The notes below the pieces were generated by a model. It was given only the letters and a program-made list of their open reading frames with translations. It did no database searches and had not been told where the DNA came from. This document shows, in pieces, positions 1 to 12,799 of a stretch of 64,000 nucleotides of DNA. The position numbers and the translations under genes were made by a program. Origin of the DNA: Octopus sinensis. Taxonomy: Eukaryota. Numbering within the stretch: position 1 is the stretch's first letter; every line of letters starts with the position of its first letter. The stretch covers positions 72,788,001-72,852,000 of the forward strand of contig NC_043007.1 of assembly GCF_006345805.1 (NCBI RefSeq), written 5' to 3'.

Positions 1-169
1 CGTTCCGAGTTCAAATTCCGCCGAGGTCGACTTTGCCTTTCATCCTTTCGGGGTCGATAAATTAAGTACCAGTTTCGCACTGGGGTCGATGTAATCGACT
101 TAATCCTGTTTGTCTGTCTTTGTTTGTCCCCTCTGTTTAGCCCCTTGTGGGCAATAAAGAAATAAGAAA
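1..169 (+). mobile_element. tRNA-derived SINE, 5'-truncated by the window edge (family B in this report)
   Basis: B-box-like GAGTTCAAATTCC, body 'gaggtcgactttgcctttcatcctttcggggtcgataaattaagtacc' and tail 'gggcaataaagaaataagaaa'; same sequence as the full copy at 28253-28471. Confidence 0.8.
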
Positions 170-2325
170 GCCGTTCCATTTTCTCCGTCGCATTAGAGAA
201 CTATCTGAGGGGTCTTCTAAAGGTAGTTCTCTGATTAAACAATTTTTCTTCTCTCATTTGCCATCGAATGTGCAGGCCATTTTAGCACCAATGGTAGATG
301 TTAGTTCTGTGGTTCAGTTGGCTACCTCGGCAGACAAAATCATGGGAATATGCTTGCAAATAGACACACAACTACAGTAGCAATGTTACCTCAGCAGCAA
401 GATTTGATTCCGTTGGCCACACTTCAAGCTATTTTGGATTTAACTAAAGAAGTTAAGAAATTATGTGTTGCACAGAGCTCCTCACGATGATCATTCAGTC
501 GTTCTTCCTCGCCAAGACGGCGACGTTCATTTTCTCCGGCGTCCTTGAGTGTGTGTTGGTATCATATTTGTTTTGCGAAGAAGGCTCATAGATGTATAAA
601 GCCCTACTCATATGTGAGTCAGGGAAAGGCAACTGGGGAGGCACTGAGCACAACAGCTGCTCCTAGTGCAGACTCTTGTAATCATATATTTTTCATGGAA
701 GATTTCTTACCACAGAAATTATTTTTGGTTGATTCTGGTGCTTCTTGCAGTATCTGGCCAGCGAAGTTCATGAAGGATAAACCGCTTCTTTCCGAAATTA
801 CCCTGCAGGAGGTAAACCATTCAGACATTTGGTCAAATTTCCCTTTCTTTGCATTTGAACTTACGTTGTGATTTTAAATGGATCTTCATCATATCTGACC
901 TGCCTTATCCAATCTTGGCAGATTTTCTCCATTACTATTCTCCATTAGTGGATGTACGTAAACGACGCCTGTTGGATGACACTGCTGATCTTTCAGTTGT
1001 AGGAAAGAATTTGAATACTCCGCTGTTAGCCCCACATTTTTATCGCTGTTTCGGGAGACGTGTATCATTCCTTTTTAAACTATTTCGCAGAGCTTACCAA
1101 TTTGAACTTCCATATGAGTGGTCCTACCCATACTACAAAACATTTTATTTCCACGAGTGGTGCACCGTTGTTTTCGTGTCTGTGTCGTCTTCTTCTGGAT
1201 TAAATTAAAGGCAGCAATGGTTGAGTTTGATAATTTATTACAGCAGGGAATTATTCACCCTACCACAAGTCCTTGGGCCTATCCTTTGCATATGGTTCCT
1301 AAAGGTTCTGGAGATTGGAGACCGACAGGGGATTTTAGAAGGTTAAATTCCATGACGGTCCGTGATAGATACCCTATCCCTCTTCTTCATGATTTTTCAT
1401 CTTCTTTGCATGGATGTAGTGTATTTTCTATGCTCGATTTGGTGCGAGCGCATCATCTGATTCCAGTCAACCTGGAGGATATTCCAATAACAACGCCATT
1501 TGGCTCTTTTGAAATCTTAACCATGCCATTTGGCCTCCGAAATGCTGCCAGCACATTTCAACGGTTCATAGACTGTCGTTCGTGGACTGGATTTCGTCTA
1601 TGCTTATATTGATGATCTGATGGCCAGATCTTCTGCTGAAGAGCACGTTCATTATTTAAAGAGGCTTTTCCAGTGCCTTCAGGATTATAAAGTGCAACTT
1701 AACCCTACTAAATGTGTTTTTGGCTCTTCTCCTCTTGTGTTTCTCAGTCACCTTATTGACAGTGAGGGCATTCTACCTCTTCCTGAGAAAGTGCAGGCTT
1801 TTGGAGACCTTACTCCTTCTCTTCATCAGCTGCATCATTTCATCGGCCTATTGAATTTTTATAGATGCTTTATTCCTCGCTGTACTGCTGTCTCCTCTTA
1901 ATGAAGTGTTAAAGAATCGTCAAAAGAAAGATGAGGATATTGCATCGACTTTAACTCAGTTGAAATCTTTTAATTCTGCAAAAGATGAACTTGGAAAAGC
2001 GTCCCTCTTATCGCGCCCGGTCTCCGATACAGAGCTTTCGCTTGTGGTCGATGCATCAGGCACTGCTGTAGGTGCAGTTTTACAGCAGTTTCATTTAGGA
2101 CAGCTACAACATCTTGCATTTTTTCCCGGAAGTTGAAACCTGCTGAGACACGGTACAATATGTTTGGACGTGAGCTGTTGGCCATTTACCTTGCCATAAA
2201 ACATTTTTGGCATATTCTTGCGGGAAGAAATTTCACGTTCTACACAGATCATAAGCGTCTTCCTTTTTGCTTTACGATCAAAGCCAGAAAATATTCACCG
2301 ATTTCATCCCTCAGTTTTCAACTGA
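170..2325 (+). pseudogene. Decayed Ty3/Gypsy LTR-retrotransposon gag-pol (PR-RT-RNaseH)
   Basis: ORF fragments carry protease [51 protein letters not shown] (tatattgatgat near 1606), RNase H LVVDASGTAVGAVLQQ and RELLAIY..IKHF..FTFYTDH; many frameshifts. Confidence 0.92.
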
Positions 2326-2338
2326 TATACAGCATATA

Positions 2339-2736
2339 CAGGAGTGGCTGTGTGGTAAGTAGCTTGCTAACCAACCACATGGTTCCGGGTTCAGTCATCT
2401 GCGTGGCATCTTGGGCAAGTGTCTTCTGCTATAGCCCCGGGCCGACCAATGCCTTGTGAGTGGATTTGGTAGACGAAAACTGAAAGAAGCCTGTCGTATA
2501 TATGTATATATATATGTGTATGTGTGTTTGTGTGTCTGTGTTTGTCCCCTAGCATTGCTTGACAACCGATGCTGGTGTGTTTACGTCCCCGTCACTTAGC
2601 GGTTCGGCAAAAGAGACCGATAGAATAAGTACTAGGCTTACAAAGAATAAGTCCCGGGGTCGATTTGCTCGACTAAAGGCGGTGCTCCAGCATGGCCGCA
2701 GTCAAATGACTGAAACAAGTAAAAGAGTAAAAAGAG
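2339..2736 (+). mobile_element. tRNA-derived SINE, family A, full length
   Basis: Head 'caggagtggctgtgtggtaag...ggttccgggttcagtc' (A/B-box-like), internal (TG)n and tail 'gaaacaagtaaaagagtaaaaagag'; several further copies in the window. Confidence 0.85.
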
Positions 2737-2870
2737 TATATCTCAAGTCCCTGTAATACTGCGACAGATGCATTATTTCATCTGCCTACAAATGTAAGGC
2801 ACATTTGTTCAGCGTTGTTTTGAAACTGTAAATAAAAGTGTTGCATTTTGAATTTGAATACAACTCTACC

Positions 2871-3075
2871 TTTTTTTTCATATTCGTTTACTATATGTTG
2901 TTTTACACTTATTACACTTTTTTTTTTCATTTTTGTGACCGGGTGTCAAAGTGGGGTTACTGGATCGTGTGAATTATCCGAGTCCACACCCTACCCACCC
3001 TCCGTCACAAAAATGGAAAAAAAAAATAGTGTACTAGGTGTAAAATAATGTGTAGTAAACGAATATGAAAAAAAA
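2871..3075. repeat. Imperfect inverted repeat, ~70-bp arms (2871-2940 / 3004-3075)
   Basis: 'ttttttttcatattcgtttacta...catttttgtgacc' is the reverse complement of 'gtcacaaaaatgg...tagtaaacgaatatgaaaaaaaa'. Confidence 0.8.
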
Positions 3076-3260
3076 TTTCGCCGACGGATGGGGAAGTGGT
3101 GAGAGGACTCGGAACATTCGTAATGTGAATTTTCCGAGTTCTCTCCCCTGCCCCATCCCGTTCGCTTGTGCGCATTTTGTTTTTCATACTCCACAGAAAA
3201 ATATAGAGATTATGAATCTTTAAGAATTTTTATTTTTAAAAGAAACACTCAACTCTCCTT

Positions 3261-3498
3261 CCCCAACTTCCATCCATCACTTTCCTACTTTCAAAAAGCT
3301 GAAAACTCCGAATGTTTCGTTTTTAGCGTTTTTGAAAGCTGTGATGTATTTTCAGAAATAATGTTGTTTAGCTGTTGTTTCTAACATATCAGGTTTTCTG
3401 GTAGTGGTCTGATATTTTTAATATCAGTTATTTCAGATGAAACATTTGGAGTTTTAGCTTTTTGAAAGTGGGAAGGTGATGGGTGGGTGAAGTGAGGG
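3261..3498. repeat. Imperfect inverted repeat, ~58-bp arms (3261-3318 / 3439-3498)
   Basis: 'ccatcactttcctactttcaaaaagctgaaaactccgaatgtttc' pairs with 'gaaacatttggagttttagctttttgaaagtgggaaggtgatgg'. Confidence 0.8.
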
Positions 3499-3639
3499 CA
3501 TTTGTTCTTAAATTTACCCTAAAAATCTTACAGTATGGTTGTCAACTAAATTTTGTTGTTATCAGGACTAATTTGATAAATTGAATATTTTGGTGGATCA
3601 TTTAAAGTAAATTGAATTGGATGTTAAATAGTGCAGCAT

Positions 3640-4400
3640 TATGATAGACAACTGAAAAATAACCATAAAGTTTGAGAACACTCTGTATCTGGAACTGATG
3701 GTCTACCGGCCATACTACTAAAAACATGCAAAAACAGCTTTGTGAAGCCATTAAAGATACTATTTCAAAAGCCACTAGATACTGGCGAACTCCCAGAACT
3801 ATTAAAAGACATAGTAGTAACACCTATACACGAAGGAAGGTAGCAGGCTGAAGCTAAAAATTACAGACCTGTTTCTCTTATATCTCACACATCTAAAATT
3901 ATCAATTGCATTGTCTGAAATAAAATTAGTACATACCTTGTGGAAAACAACATCATAGATGATATACACCATGGTTTTTTGGACTGGATGAAGTTGCCTT
4001 TCACAACTATTACAGCAGCATAATACTATTCTTAATAATCTCTTGGGATGAAAGGACATTGACTGTATATACTTTGATTTCATTAAGGCATTCGACAAGA
4101 TTGTTCATGGAATCATCTGTTATAAGTTAAAGAATCTTGGTATCTCAGGAAAACTCAGAGAATGGCTCTTTGACTTCCTACATGGTAGGAGGCAATCTGT
4201 TGCTGGAAATGGTTTTTGCTCTGCAAAGTCACCTGTAATAAGTGGTATGTCTCAGGGAATGGTTCTAGGACTATAATTATTTATCATCAATCTATTACAA
4301 GTCCACTCATCCAAAATAATGAGTTACGCCGATGATGCTAAAATACCCATAGCTATCCAAACTCCAGAAGATACTGTCACACTCCAAAATGAGCTAAACC
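3640..4400 (+). mobile_element. Decayed CR1/L2-like LINE reverse-transcriptase fragment
   Basis: Manual translation gives GTDGLPAILLK..NYRPVSLISHTSKI..YFDFIKAFDKIVH..SGMSQGMVLG..SYADDAKI, with stops. Confidence 0.85.
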
Positions 4401-4618
4401 TCAGTGATAAATACATAAAAAATAAATGAAATACTTACTTATACCCATGGAAGAAGCAAACACTAAGTCATGTGTACACTTAAGTACCCCAAATATATCC
4501 AAAATAGAAATTCTATAGCACACCCTGAGACACGTGTTTTAGCTAAATGTTTTAGTTAAATTTAAATTCCCAGGAAGTGAAATATTTTTTAAAAATTCCT
4601 CTTTTTTTTTTTTTTCAG

Positions 4619-4646
4619 GCACCTTATTATCTTTATAAGACAAGCT
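4619..4646 (+). CDS. Gene A (IL-17R-like) micro-exon, APYYLYKTS(C)
   Basis: Long polypyrimidine tract + CAG acceptor and GTAAGT donor; its phase-1 end joins 7650 in frame (..TSCCQEDL). Confidence 0.6.
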
Positions 4647-5399
4647 GTAAGTATTTAATTAAACTACCTCTCAGACTGAAAAATTATACTAGAATCATAT
4701 TTATCCATATTAATGTACCTCTTTTTTCTTTTATTATGTTGAAACACATGTAGAATTTATCATTTTACATTTTTCAATTATTTCATATCAGCAATCCGAT
4801 CATAACCACCATTGAAACTATTTGATAAACAATTTTGTTAATGTGATGAAAAATAGATCTGGAAATATTGTAGTGATATTAGAGAGAAAAAAGGTAGATG
4901 TGTGCTGGCTCAAAGTGTTGATAGACAGGGGAGCTTCTGCCAGGCCCTTCGCAGGCAATAAACACTGGTACAAATTCTTTTAGTTGGGTAACCACATGTC
5001 TGTAGGTTGGGAATGTATGTCGCATGCAAAGAAATTGAATAGAGTGGTTGAGGTAGTCGGAGTATGTGACAGAATAAATTTAAAATTAGGTGAGAAACAA
5101 AAGCAGTGGTTATATCAACTGAGACACCTCAGTCTGGATTGAGGGATGAGCAGCAAAATAACTATTTCTGTGACATCCGCTTATCATGGTTGGTGACTTT
5201 AATGTACGTGTTGGTACAAAAATGGTAAAGTGGGCATAACAATGGTGATGACATTAGCAAATGGTAACTGACATGAAATTAAACAAAGTACTAGTGTGTG
5301 CATGCATATGTGCACATGTGTGTGTGTGTGTGTGTGTGTAATTTTTTTTATTTGTGAATGAAGGTTAGCAACGGTTTCATGTTAAGAAAAGTAGGAAAA

Positions 5400-6243
5400 T
5401 ATCCTAGTGTCTTAATTCATTCAGTATTCCTCATACAAGATGAGAAAGGGCTAATTTTTATCCCAAGCCATCAATGACAAGAGGAAAGACTGCGCTACAA
5501 AGCTTTTGAACAAACTCGAGCATCCCCTCCTACCAAATATGCTTTGGTTTTTCTCAGACAAGAAAAATTTCTACCAGGATCAGATGGTGAACATACAGAA
5601 CAACCATTGGCCTGCCATGTCCCTAAAACTTGTACTGAGAGTGATAAAAATCAAACATCCAGTCAACATCATGGTGTTTGGAGTGATTACTAGTGATGGT
5701 AGCATTATGCCTCCATTCACCTTCCCACATGGCCTTAGACTCGACACAGAGGCTTACATCAAGTGCCTGGAGGAGGTGGTGCTGCTGCCTTGGGCCAAGA
5801 GGGTGGCTGCTGGAAGACCTTATGTCTAGCAACAGGTCTCTACACCATGCCACACAAGCAGGAGAACCCAGTCATGGCCGTCATACAATTTCTGCAAGCA
5901 CATCACCCCTAACATCTGGTCACCTTACTCCCTAGACTACAAGCCACTTCATTATTATGTGTGGGGTGCAGTTGAGTGAGAGACCAACAAAATTCCTTGT
6001 AACACCAAAGATAAACTGAAGGCAAGGATTATAGCAACATTCACCAACTTAAACAAGGAGACTGTCCAGAAGAGTTGCAAGAGATTCTGAAGTCATCTGG
6101 GGATTTTGTTGAATCAATTTACTCTTTAGTATTTCAAGATATTTTTATGTAATTTTTGGTAAATATATCTATTAAAATGAGATGTCAGTGTTATTTTCAT
6201 TTTTGTGTAATTTAGATGATAATTTATTCACTGCACCCTGTAT
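5400..6243 (+). mobile_element. Decayed Tc1/mariner (maT, DD37D-type) transposase remnant
   Basis: FFSDKKNF..MVFGVITSDG..YV*QQ(D>V)STPCH..WSPYSLDYKPL(D>H)YYVWG; 37 residues between the second and third catalytic positions; ends 'cactgcaccctgta'. Confidence 0.8.
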
Positions 6244-6251
6244 ATGTATAC

Positions 6252-6294
<43 letters not shown>

Positions 6295-7059
6295 TGTCTC
6301 ACTTGTTTTTTCTCCCTAGCCCCCTTTCTATCTCCCTCACATATTTTTTTTCTCTACAGAGAAAAAGAGGAAGAGGTAGTGAGAGAGACTCATATACAAC
6401 CACAGAGAGAGAGAGGGTGGAGGGAAGGAAGGAGACAGTAAGAGAGATAGAAGTATAGAGAGGAACATATATATATATAGATAGAGAGAGAAAGCAGAGA
6501 ACTGGCAGTGACTTCAAAGGAATAAATGTAATGTATAAACTTAGAGAAAGCTGGAGGTGAATTGTGTAATAGGTGTACACGGCATTACAATGAAATAGAC
6601 AGTACATGGATTGCTAGAAATAGGAGCCAATTCACTACCAACTGCCCCCTCCCCACCAATTCATTTTTCGAAAATAAGAGCGGTTATCTGTAGAATGGTT
6701 AAATTAATTTAAATGATACGAAAATCTTGAAATATTATCAACTTTATTTAGTGTTTTTGGCGGTCAACATACTAACAACTTCGCTTTTTATAAGGATAGA
6801 CAAGATAAGATATATATATATATATATATTGGTAATTAGTAAGGGATTTCTCCAAATGTTTACTGGTGAGCTCCCAGTTAAGTATTCAAAATAGGTTATT
6901 CAACAGTTAGTATACAAATCCAGTAATAATTCTCATATGATAAGAATTTCGCGCTATATTCTGTTGGATTATTCTAAATATATTACCTTTAACCTTATAG
7001 GTTTCCTGGTGTATTTAATACCAATGAAAATAATAAAGCTTCAAATAGACCTACACATG

Positions 7060-7270
7060 TTTCTACTGTATCAGGGCGCTCTTACCTCTGCTGGCAACTA
7101 AGGGCCTCTCGCTCAGGATGAAAGGTAGACTGTATGATGCATGTGTGTGAACTGCCATGCTACATGGCAGTGAAGTATTGACCATGAATGCTGATGACAT
7201 GCATAGGCTTGAAAGAAATGAAGCTAGTATGATCCGCTGGATGTGTAATGTCAGTGTGAATACACGACAG
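7060..7270 (+). mobile_element. RTE-clade LINE fragment (RT C-terminal region)
   Basis: Matches 11670-11870 ('aaaggtagactgtatgatgcatgtgtg'). Confidence 0.75.
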
Positions 7271-7271
7271 T

Positions 7272-7560
7272 GTTGGCATATGGCCTAGTGATGAGGGCAT
7301 TGCCCTTATAATTGCAAGATCGTTGATTTGATTCCCAGACCAGGTTGCACATAGTGATCTTGAGAAAAAAACTTCATCTCATGTTACTCTGCCAATACTT
7401 TGACATCTGATGTGTAGCAGAGTGTACACGGGTACATGCAATGTTGATTTGAGGGAGGGAGCGAGCGAACTTATGTACAGCACAAACATTTGATCCTTAT
7501 AAACAAATCCTTTATGCAGAAATTGCTGAACCATCATCTGTCATCTACAACAGGAATGTC
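7272..7560 (+). mobile_element. Degenerate tRNA-derived SINE (family C-like head)
   Basis: 'tggcctagtgatgagggca...ggttgatttgattcccagac' resembles the A/B-box head of the 29978-30275 element. Confidence 0.5.
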
Positions 7561-7649
7561 CATGCATATCCAAGAGCTATTGATGATGTAAAAATTGGGT
7601 TTTTTCTATAATGTCAATAGATTTCAAAGAAATATTTTCCATGTTTCAG

Positions 7650-7778
7650 GTTGTCAGGAGGATTTGGATGTCTTCAAGCCTTTTCCTAATGGAAAGTACC
7701 CAGAAACGCCAGAGATTCTTGAACTAACAGATTTCCTGCAAAATGAAAGAATAGGAATAAAAGCTGTGTGGAATGCAA
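7650..7778 (+). CDS. Gene A exon: CQEDLDVFKPFPNGKYPETPEILELTDFLQNERIGIKAVWNA
   Basis: tttcag acceptor, gtaaga donor, 129 bp, phase 1-1, open reading frame. Confidence 0.75.
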
Positions 7779-8028
7779 GTAAGAAAATTTCTCTTAAATT
7801 CTATATACCATTATGTTATAATTAAATGGTGCATATCCATCAAAAAATGTTTGCTGCATAGACAAAGATTCTATTTCTTAAAGCAAATTAAGAAATTTGG
7901 TTTTTATATAGGTTTTGTACTAAATTTTATGCCAGGTCTAGTTCTTAAGATTTGAATATCATGATGTTTTATCTGTTATTATTGTATAATATCTGATTTA
8001 ATTTTAATATTTTGTACTATATTCCAAG

Positions 8029-8130
8029 ACCTGAATAATAAGAGACAATTCTTTTGCAAGCTGAGTCTAAAGTCTGGTTTTGATTATCAATAAAATTTCT
8101 TTTCTTTTGGAACAAAGACTTTTGTAAAAG
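8029..8130 (+). pseudogene. Candidate gene A exon with an in-frame TAA (NLNNKRQFFCKLSLKSGFDYQ*NFFSFGTKTFVK)
   Basis: AG acceptor, AAG|GTAGGA donor, 102 bp, phase 1-1 compatible with the preceding exon; single stop at 8091-8093. Confidence 0.45.
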
Positions 8131-8279
8131 GTAGGACTGTTCTTGTTATAAATATGTAAATGTTATATCCCTATGCTTCCAATATCATAGTATCATTGCT
8201 ATTGTCAACAACAGATAAAGAATTAAAAAACACGCAACAAACCAACCATCAATATTTCTAATACTCTAACTGTAAACTG

Positions 8280-8600
8280 TACCTTGACTTTGAAGACCAA
8301 ACTACAAACTGCTGACTACGTGTCTGGAACACTGTATCACACAAACAATTCATATAGAAGCTTTATAGTTGTCTTAGTGGTTGGCTTATTGCACCTGCAT
8401 ACCTCTGTACAGCTATATGCACCAATATGTACCCTATACCATGGGTTCTCAGTCTCTGGCCATGATATTTTACCGATGGGGCTCAATAAGTTCTCACCAA
8501 ATTTTCGATATCAGCCAGCTTTCATCTTTGACATTCCCAGGTGTCCACTGTGGAACTGCTGCAATATACATTTTTCAGTTCTATATTTGAGAGATGAAGA
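8280..8600 (-). mobile_element. Gypsy integrase fragment
   Basis: Minus strand reads ILQQFHSGHLGMSKMK..SWPETENPWYRVHI..LFV*YSVPDT. Confidence 0.7.
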
Positions 8601-8619
8601 ATTATGTACATTATTTACA

Positions 8620-9155
8620 TTTGTCTTCATCTTGTTTGTTGTTAACACAAAGTTTCAGCTGATGTACCCTCATTCCTGGGGGAATTTCGAACCTGGGTCC
8701 TCATTCTTAAGATATTTTGCTGATGTTATTATTGTTATTCAGGCCACTGCTTGGAATTGAACTCAGAATCTTGGAGTTAGTAGCCCACGCTCTTAATCAC
8801 TATGCCATATGCCCATGAGCAATTAAGGAGTGAATTTTAGAGCTTATAAATCTAATATTTTCCTATCCTTCCTTAATACCTATTCCTGTATGCTACTCAT
8901 ATCTGCACTAGGTCTACTTAAGAGATTATTATGTCCTAGCATATGTGCTGCCTCTTTTAATTTTCATATTTTCCAGTGGTGTTCTCTATCTATTATTTTA
9001 ACTTCATCCTACAGAGTGAGGTGGTCTCCGGTTTTCCATACATGATCAGTTATACCTGATTTATCAATATCTCTTCATGTCACAGCTTTGTGATATTCCT
9101 CTACCTTTATTTTGAGGGGGTTGCATGTTTTGCCTTTGTATAACCTACTTCAGCT
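8620..9155 (-). mobile_element. Inverted copy of the Penelope-like element 3' end (GIY-YIG plus pLTR)
   Basis: Reverse complement of about 10390-10945 ('ggttatacaaagg..aaacatgc..cccctcaaaata', 'agacctagtgcagatatgagtagc', 'gacccaggttcgaaattcc'). Confidence 0.85.
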
Positions 9156-10945
9156 GCATGTGTACGGCAAGTCTCATAAGTGATGGTAGCTACAGCAAAG
9201 TAAAGAAAGACCCAACTCTGAAAACAGAGAGGAAGTTGTCGTAGATCTTGATCAAGAACAAGGATCACTTTATACCAATGAGGTACAGACAACTGGTTCA
9301 ACACTACAGTAAGCTACCACACGTACGGCTTCCGTAAGATTGACAAGGATGGTATTCCGTTAAAGACCTATAGAGGGCTGTAGGGGTTCAGCATGTCATC
9401 CACTGAGCTGCTTCCTTGTGGATATAATCAGTCCATTAGTAGGAAAGTCAACATCATATGTAAAGTATTCCATCCACTTCACAGAATTGATCAAGGATAC
9501 CCTCATTGGATCAAACCAGATGGTGAGTCTAGATGTGATAAGTCTGTTCACCAAAGTCCCAACTGATGAAGCACTATCAGTGATTCAAGAAAAACTGGTA
9601 ACATACACCTATCTAAAAGAATGCACAAATGTACCAATAGGAGCCTTTATGGAAATGTTGATCTTCTGTATAGAAACTACCTACTTCAGAATGGACACTG
9701 ATATATATTGACAGGAAGAGGGTTTAGCTATGGGTTCGCCATTATCACTGATAATAGGCAATATATACCTGGAATACTTTGAGAATTTGGTTTTAGGATC
9801 AACAACACTAAAACCAACCATATGGCTGCAATATGTTGATGACATCTTTATACTCTGGCCCCACCAGGAAGATGTAAAGTACTGTTAGATCATGTGAACT
9901 CAATAAAGCCATCCATACAGTTCACAATGGAAAAGGAGAAAGACAATCAGCTAGCATTCCTGGACATCATAATAACATGCACCAAATATAGATCCAGAAC
10001 ATCTGTATACTGCAAGCCAACCTTCACTGGTCGATACCTCAACTTCAATTCCCACCATCCAAACAGTGTAAAGAGAGGGATTGCTCAGTGCCCAAAACAT
10101 TGAGCAAAATATATAAGTAGCCATCCTCATACACACCATGAAGAAATGATCAAGCTAAGTAACAATCTATTAAGCAACAATTACCCCCAAAACATACTGT
10201 CCACTCCAATTATGAAGAGAAAAGAGGACCACAGTCTGTCTACCCTATGTGAAAGGCCTCTCTGAAAAAATATGTGACCCCTATGACAGGACAGTATTCA
10301 AGAGTAATACAACACTTTGCAAATATCTCCTTTGAGTAAAACCACCAATAGAAGAGAATATGACCAAAGACTGTGTGTATTCCATTGCATGCAGCTGTGG
10401 CAGGTTATACAAAGGTGAAACATGCCAGCCCCTCAAAATAAGGGTAGATGAACATCACAAAGCTGAGACATGAGGAGATATTGATAAATTGAGTATAGCT
10501 GATCATGTATGGAAAAATGGAGATCACCTCACCCTGTGGGATGAAGTTAAAATAATAGACAGAGAACACCACTAGAAAATACAAAAACTAAAAGAGGCAG
10601 CACATATGTTAGGACAAAATAACCTCCTAAACAGATCTAGTGCAGATATGAGTAGCATATGGAAACTGATATTAAGGAAGGATAGAAAAATATTAGATTT
10701 ATAAGCCCTAAAATTCACTCCATAATTGCCTATGGGCATATAGCGCAGCTACTAACACCAAGATTCCGAGTTCAATTCAAGGCAGTGACCTGAATAATAG
10801 CAATAGCAACTTCAGAAAAATACCTAAAGAATGAGGACCCAGGTTCGAAATTCCTCCATGACACCTGATGAAGGCTGGAGAGTACATCAACCGAAACGTT
10901 GTGTTAACAACAAACAAGATGAGGACAAATATCCATCAAATGTAA
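9156..10945 (+). mobile_element. Decayed Penelope-like retroelement (RT + GIY-YIG endonuclease)
   Basis: DGIPLRPI..SYVKYSIHF..SLDVISLFTKVP..GLAMGSPLS..YVDDIF..VYCKPTFTGRYLNFNSHHP; GIY-YIG CVYSIACSCGRLYKGET..RVDEH. Confidence 0.9.
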
Positions 10946-10959
10946 ATAATAATACACAT

Positions 10960-12690
10960 TTCTGTAATATACTCGGTACCTTTATCTGGTGGTCAATGTG
11001 GAAACTGGGAATAGATGAGTTGTTGGTAAGAGCTGTACAAGCCCTGTACAAGAATGCTGTCAATAAGGTGAGAGGTAGCAACAAGTATAGTGAAGAATTC
11101 TGAATAGAAGTAGGGGTTCACCAAGGATCGGTCCTCAGCCCCCTCTTATTCATTATAGTTCTCCAGGCAATAACAGAAAAATTCAAGATAGGCTGCCCCT
11201 GGGAACTCCTCTTTGCTGATGACCTTTACCTAAAAGCCGAGTCACTGCGAGAATTAGAGACAAAGTTTAGGGTGTGGAAGCAATGTCTAGCATTGAAGAG
11301 CCTTAGGGTTAACCTATCAAAAACCAAAGTCTTCGTAAGTAGGAAGGCTGTCAAATCACAATCCACTTCAGGTAGATGGCCCTGCTCTATCTGTAGAAAA
11401 GGCATGGGTAGAGACTCCATATGATGTACCCAGTGTAAGCTATGGACAGATAAAAGGTGCAGCAATATCAAAGGAAGGTTAACCGAGAAAATAGTTTTTG
11501 TGTGTGGCAGATGCACTGAGGCAATAAACACTGAAATGCTGAAAACACACAGAAAACCGATTCCATTACATGCCAGGAAGAGAAACTAGAAGTAACCAAG
11601 TCTGTAGTGGGGGTGGTTGCTCTGAGAGTGTAGTGGCTAGAATAAGGATTGCCTGGGCAATGTTCAGGGAGCTCCTACCTCTGCTGGCAGCTAAGGGCCT
11701 CTTGCTCAGGATAAAAGGTAGACTGTATGATGCATGTGTGCAAACTGTCATGCTACACAGCAGTGAAACATGGCCATGACTAGAGGACATACGTAGGCTT
11801 CAAAGAAATGAAGGTAGTATGATCTGCTGGATGTGTAATGTCAGTGCGCATGCACGACAGAGTGTAAGTGCCCTGAGAGAAAAGTTGGGCGTGCGTAAGA
11901 AGTATCAGATGTGGTGTGCAAGAGAGACTACTGCAGTGGTATGGTCATATGTTACATATGGATGAGGACAGCTGCATGAGGAAGTGCCACTCCCTAACTG
12001 TGGAAGGAACCTGTGAAAGAGGTAGACTCAGGAAGACATGGGATGAGGTGGTGAAGTATGACCTTTGAACATCGGGCCTCACAGAGGCAATGACAGGAGA
12101 TCAAAACCTTTGAAGATATGCTGTGATTGAGAAGACCTGGCAACTAAAGTGAGATAACAGCCACGCATGTCCAGCCCAGTTAAGAGTACCCCTGATGCGT
12201 CATGTGATATGATATGCTTGAGAAGAAGTGTTGAGTTGGGTAAAACCAATATCGTACCTGTGACCAGTGCCCCCTGACTGGCTCCTATGCCAGTGGCACA
12301 TAAAGAGCACCATCCAAATGTGGCTGATGCCATTACCCACTGACTGGCTCTCATGCTGGTGGCTTGTAAAAAGCACCATCCGAACGTGGCCAATGCCAGT
12401 ACCCACTGATATCACCCATCCTCCACCCCCCATGCTGGTAGCACATAAAAAGCACTATCTGAGTGTCATCGATGTCAGGCTTGCCTGACTGGCACCTGTG
12501 CTGGTGGCATGTAAAAAGCACCCACTACACTCTTGGAGTGGTTGGCGTTAGGAAGGGTATCCAGCTGTAGAAACTTTGCCAGATCAGATTGGAGCCTGGT
12601 GCAGTTGCTGGCTCTCCAGACCTCAGTCAAACCATCCAACCTATGCCAGCATGGAAAACAGACGTTAAACGATGATGATGATGATACATA
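10960..12690 (+). mobile_element. RTE-clade LINE 3' half (RT domain, 3'UTR, (GAT)n tail)
   Basis: IWWSMWKLGIDE..VGVHQGSVLSPLLFIIVL..ELLFADDL; ends 'gacgttaaacgatgatgatgatg'. Confidence 0.88.
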
Positions 12691-12766
12691 CACATGCACA
12701 CATTTATATACATGCGTACATATATAAACATGCATATATACATACATATATATACATACATATTTA

Positions 12767-12797
<31 letters not shown>

Positions 12798-12799
12798 TA

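Noticed and set aside
8284-8760. 158-aa + strand ORF as a host gene exon
   Set aside because: It is the antisense reading of Gypsy integrase and Penelope pLTR fragments
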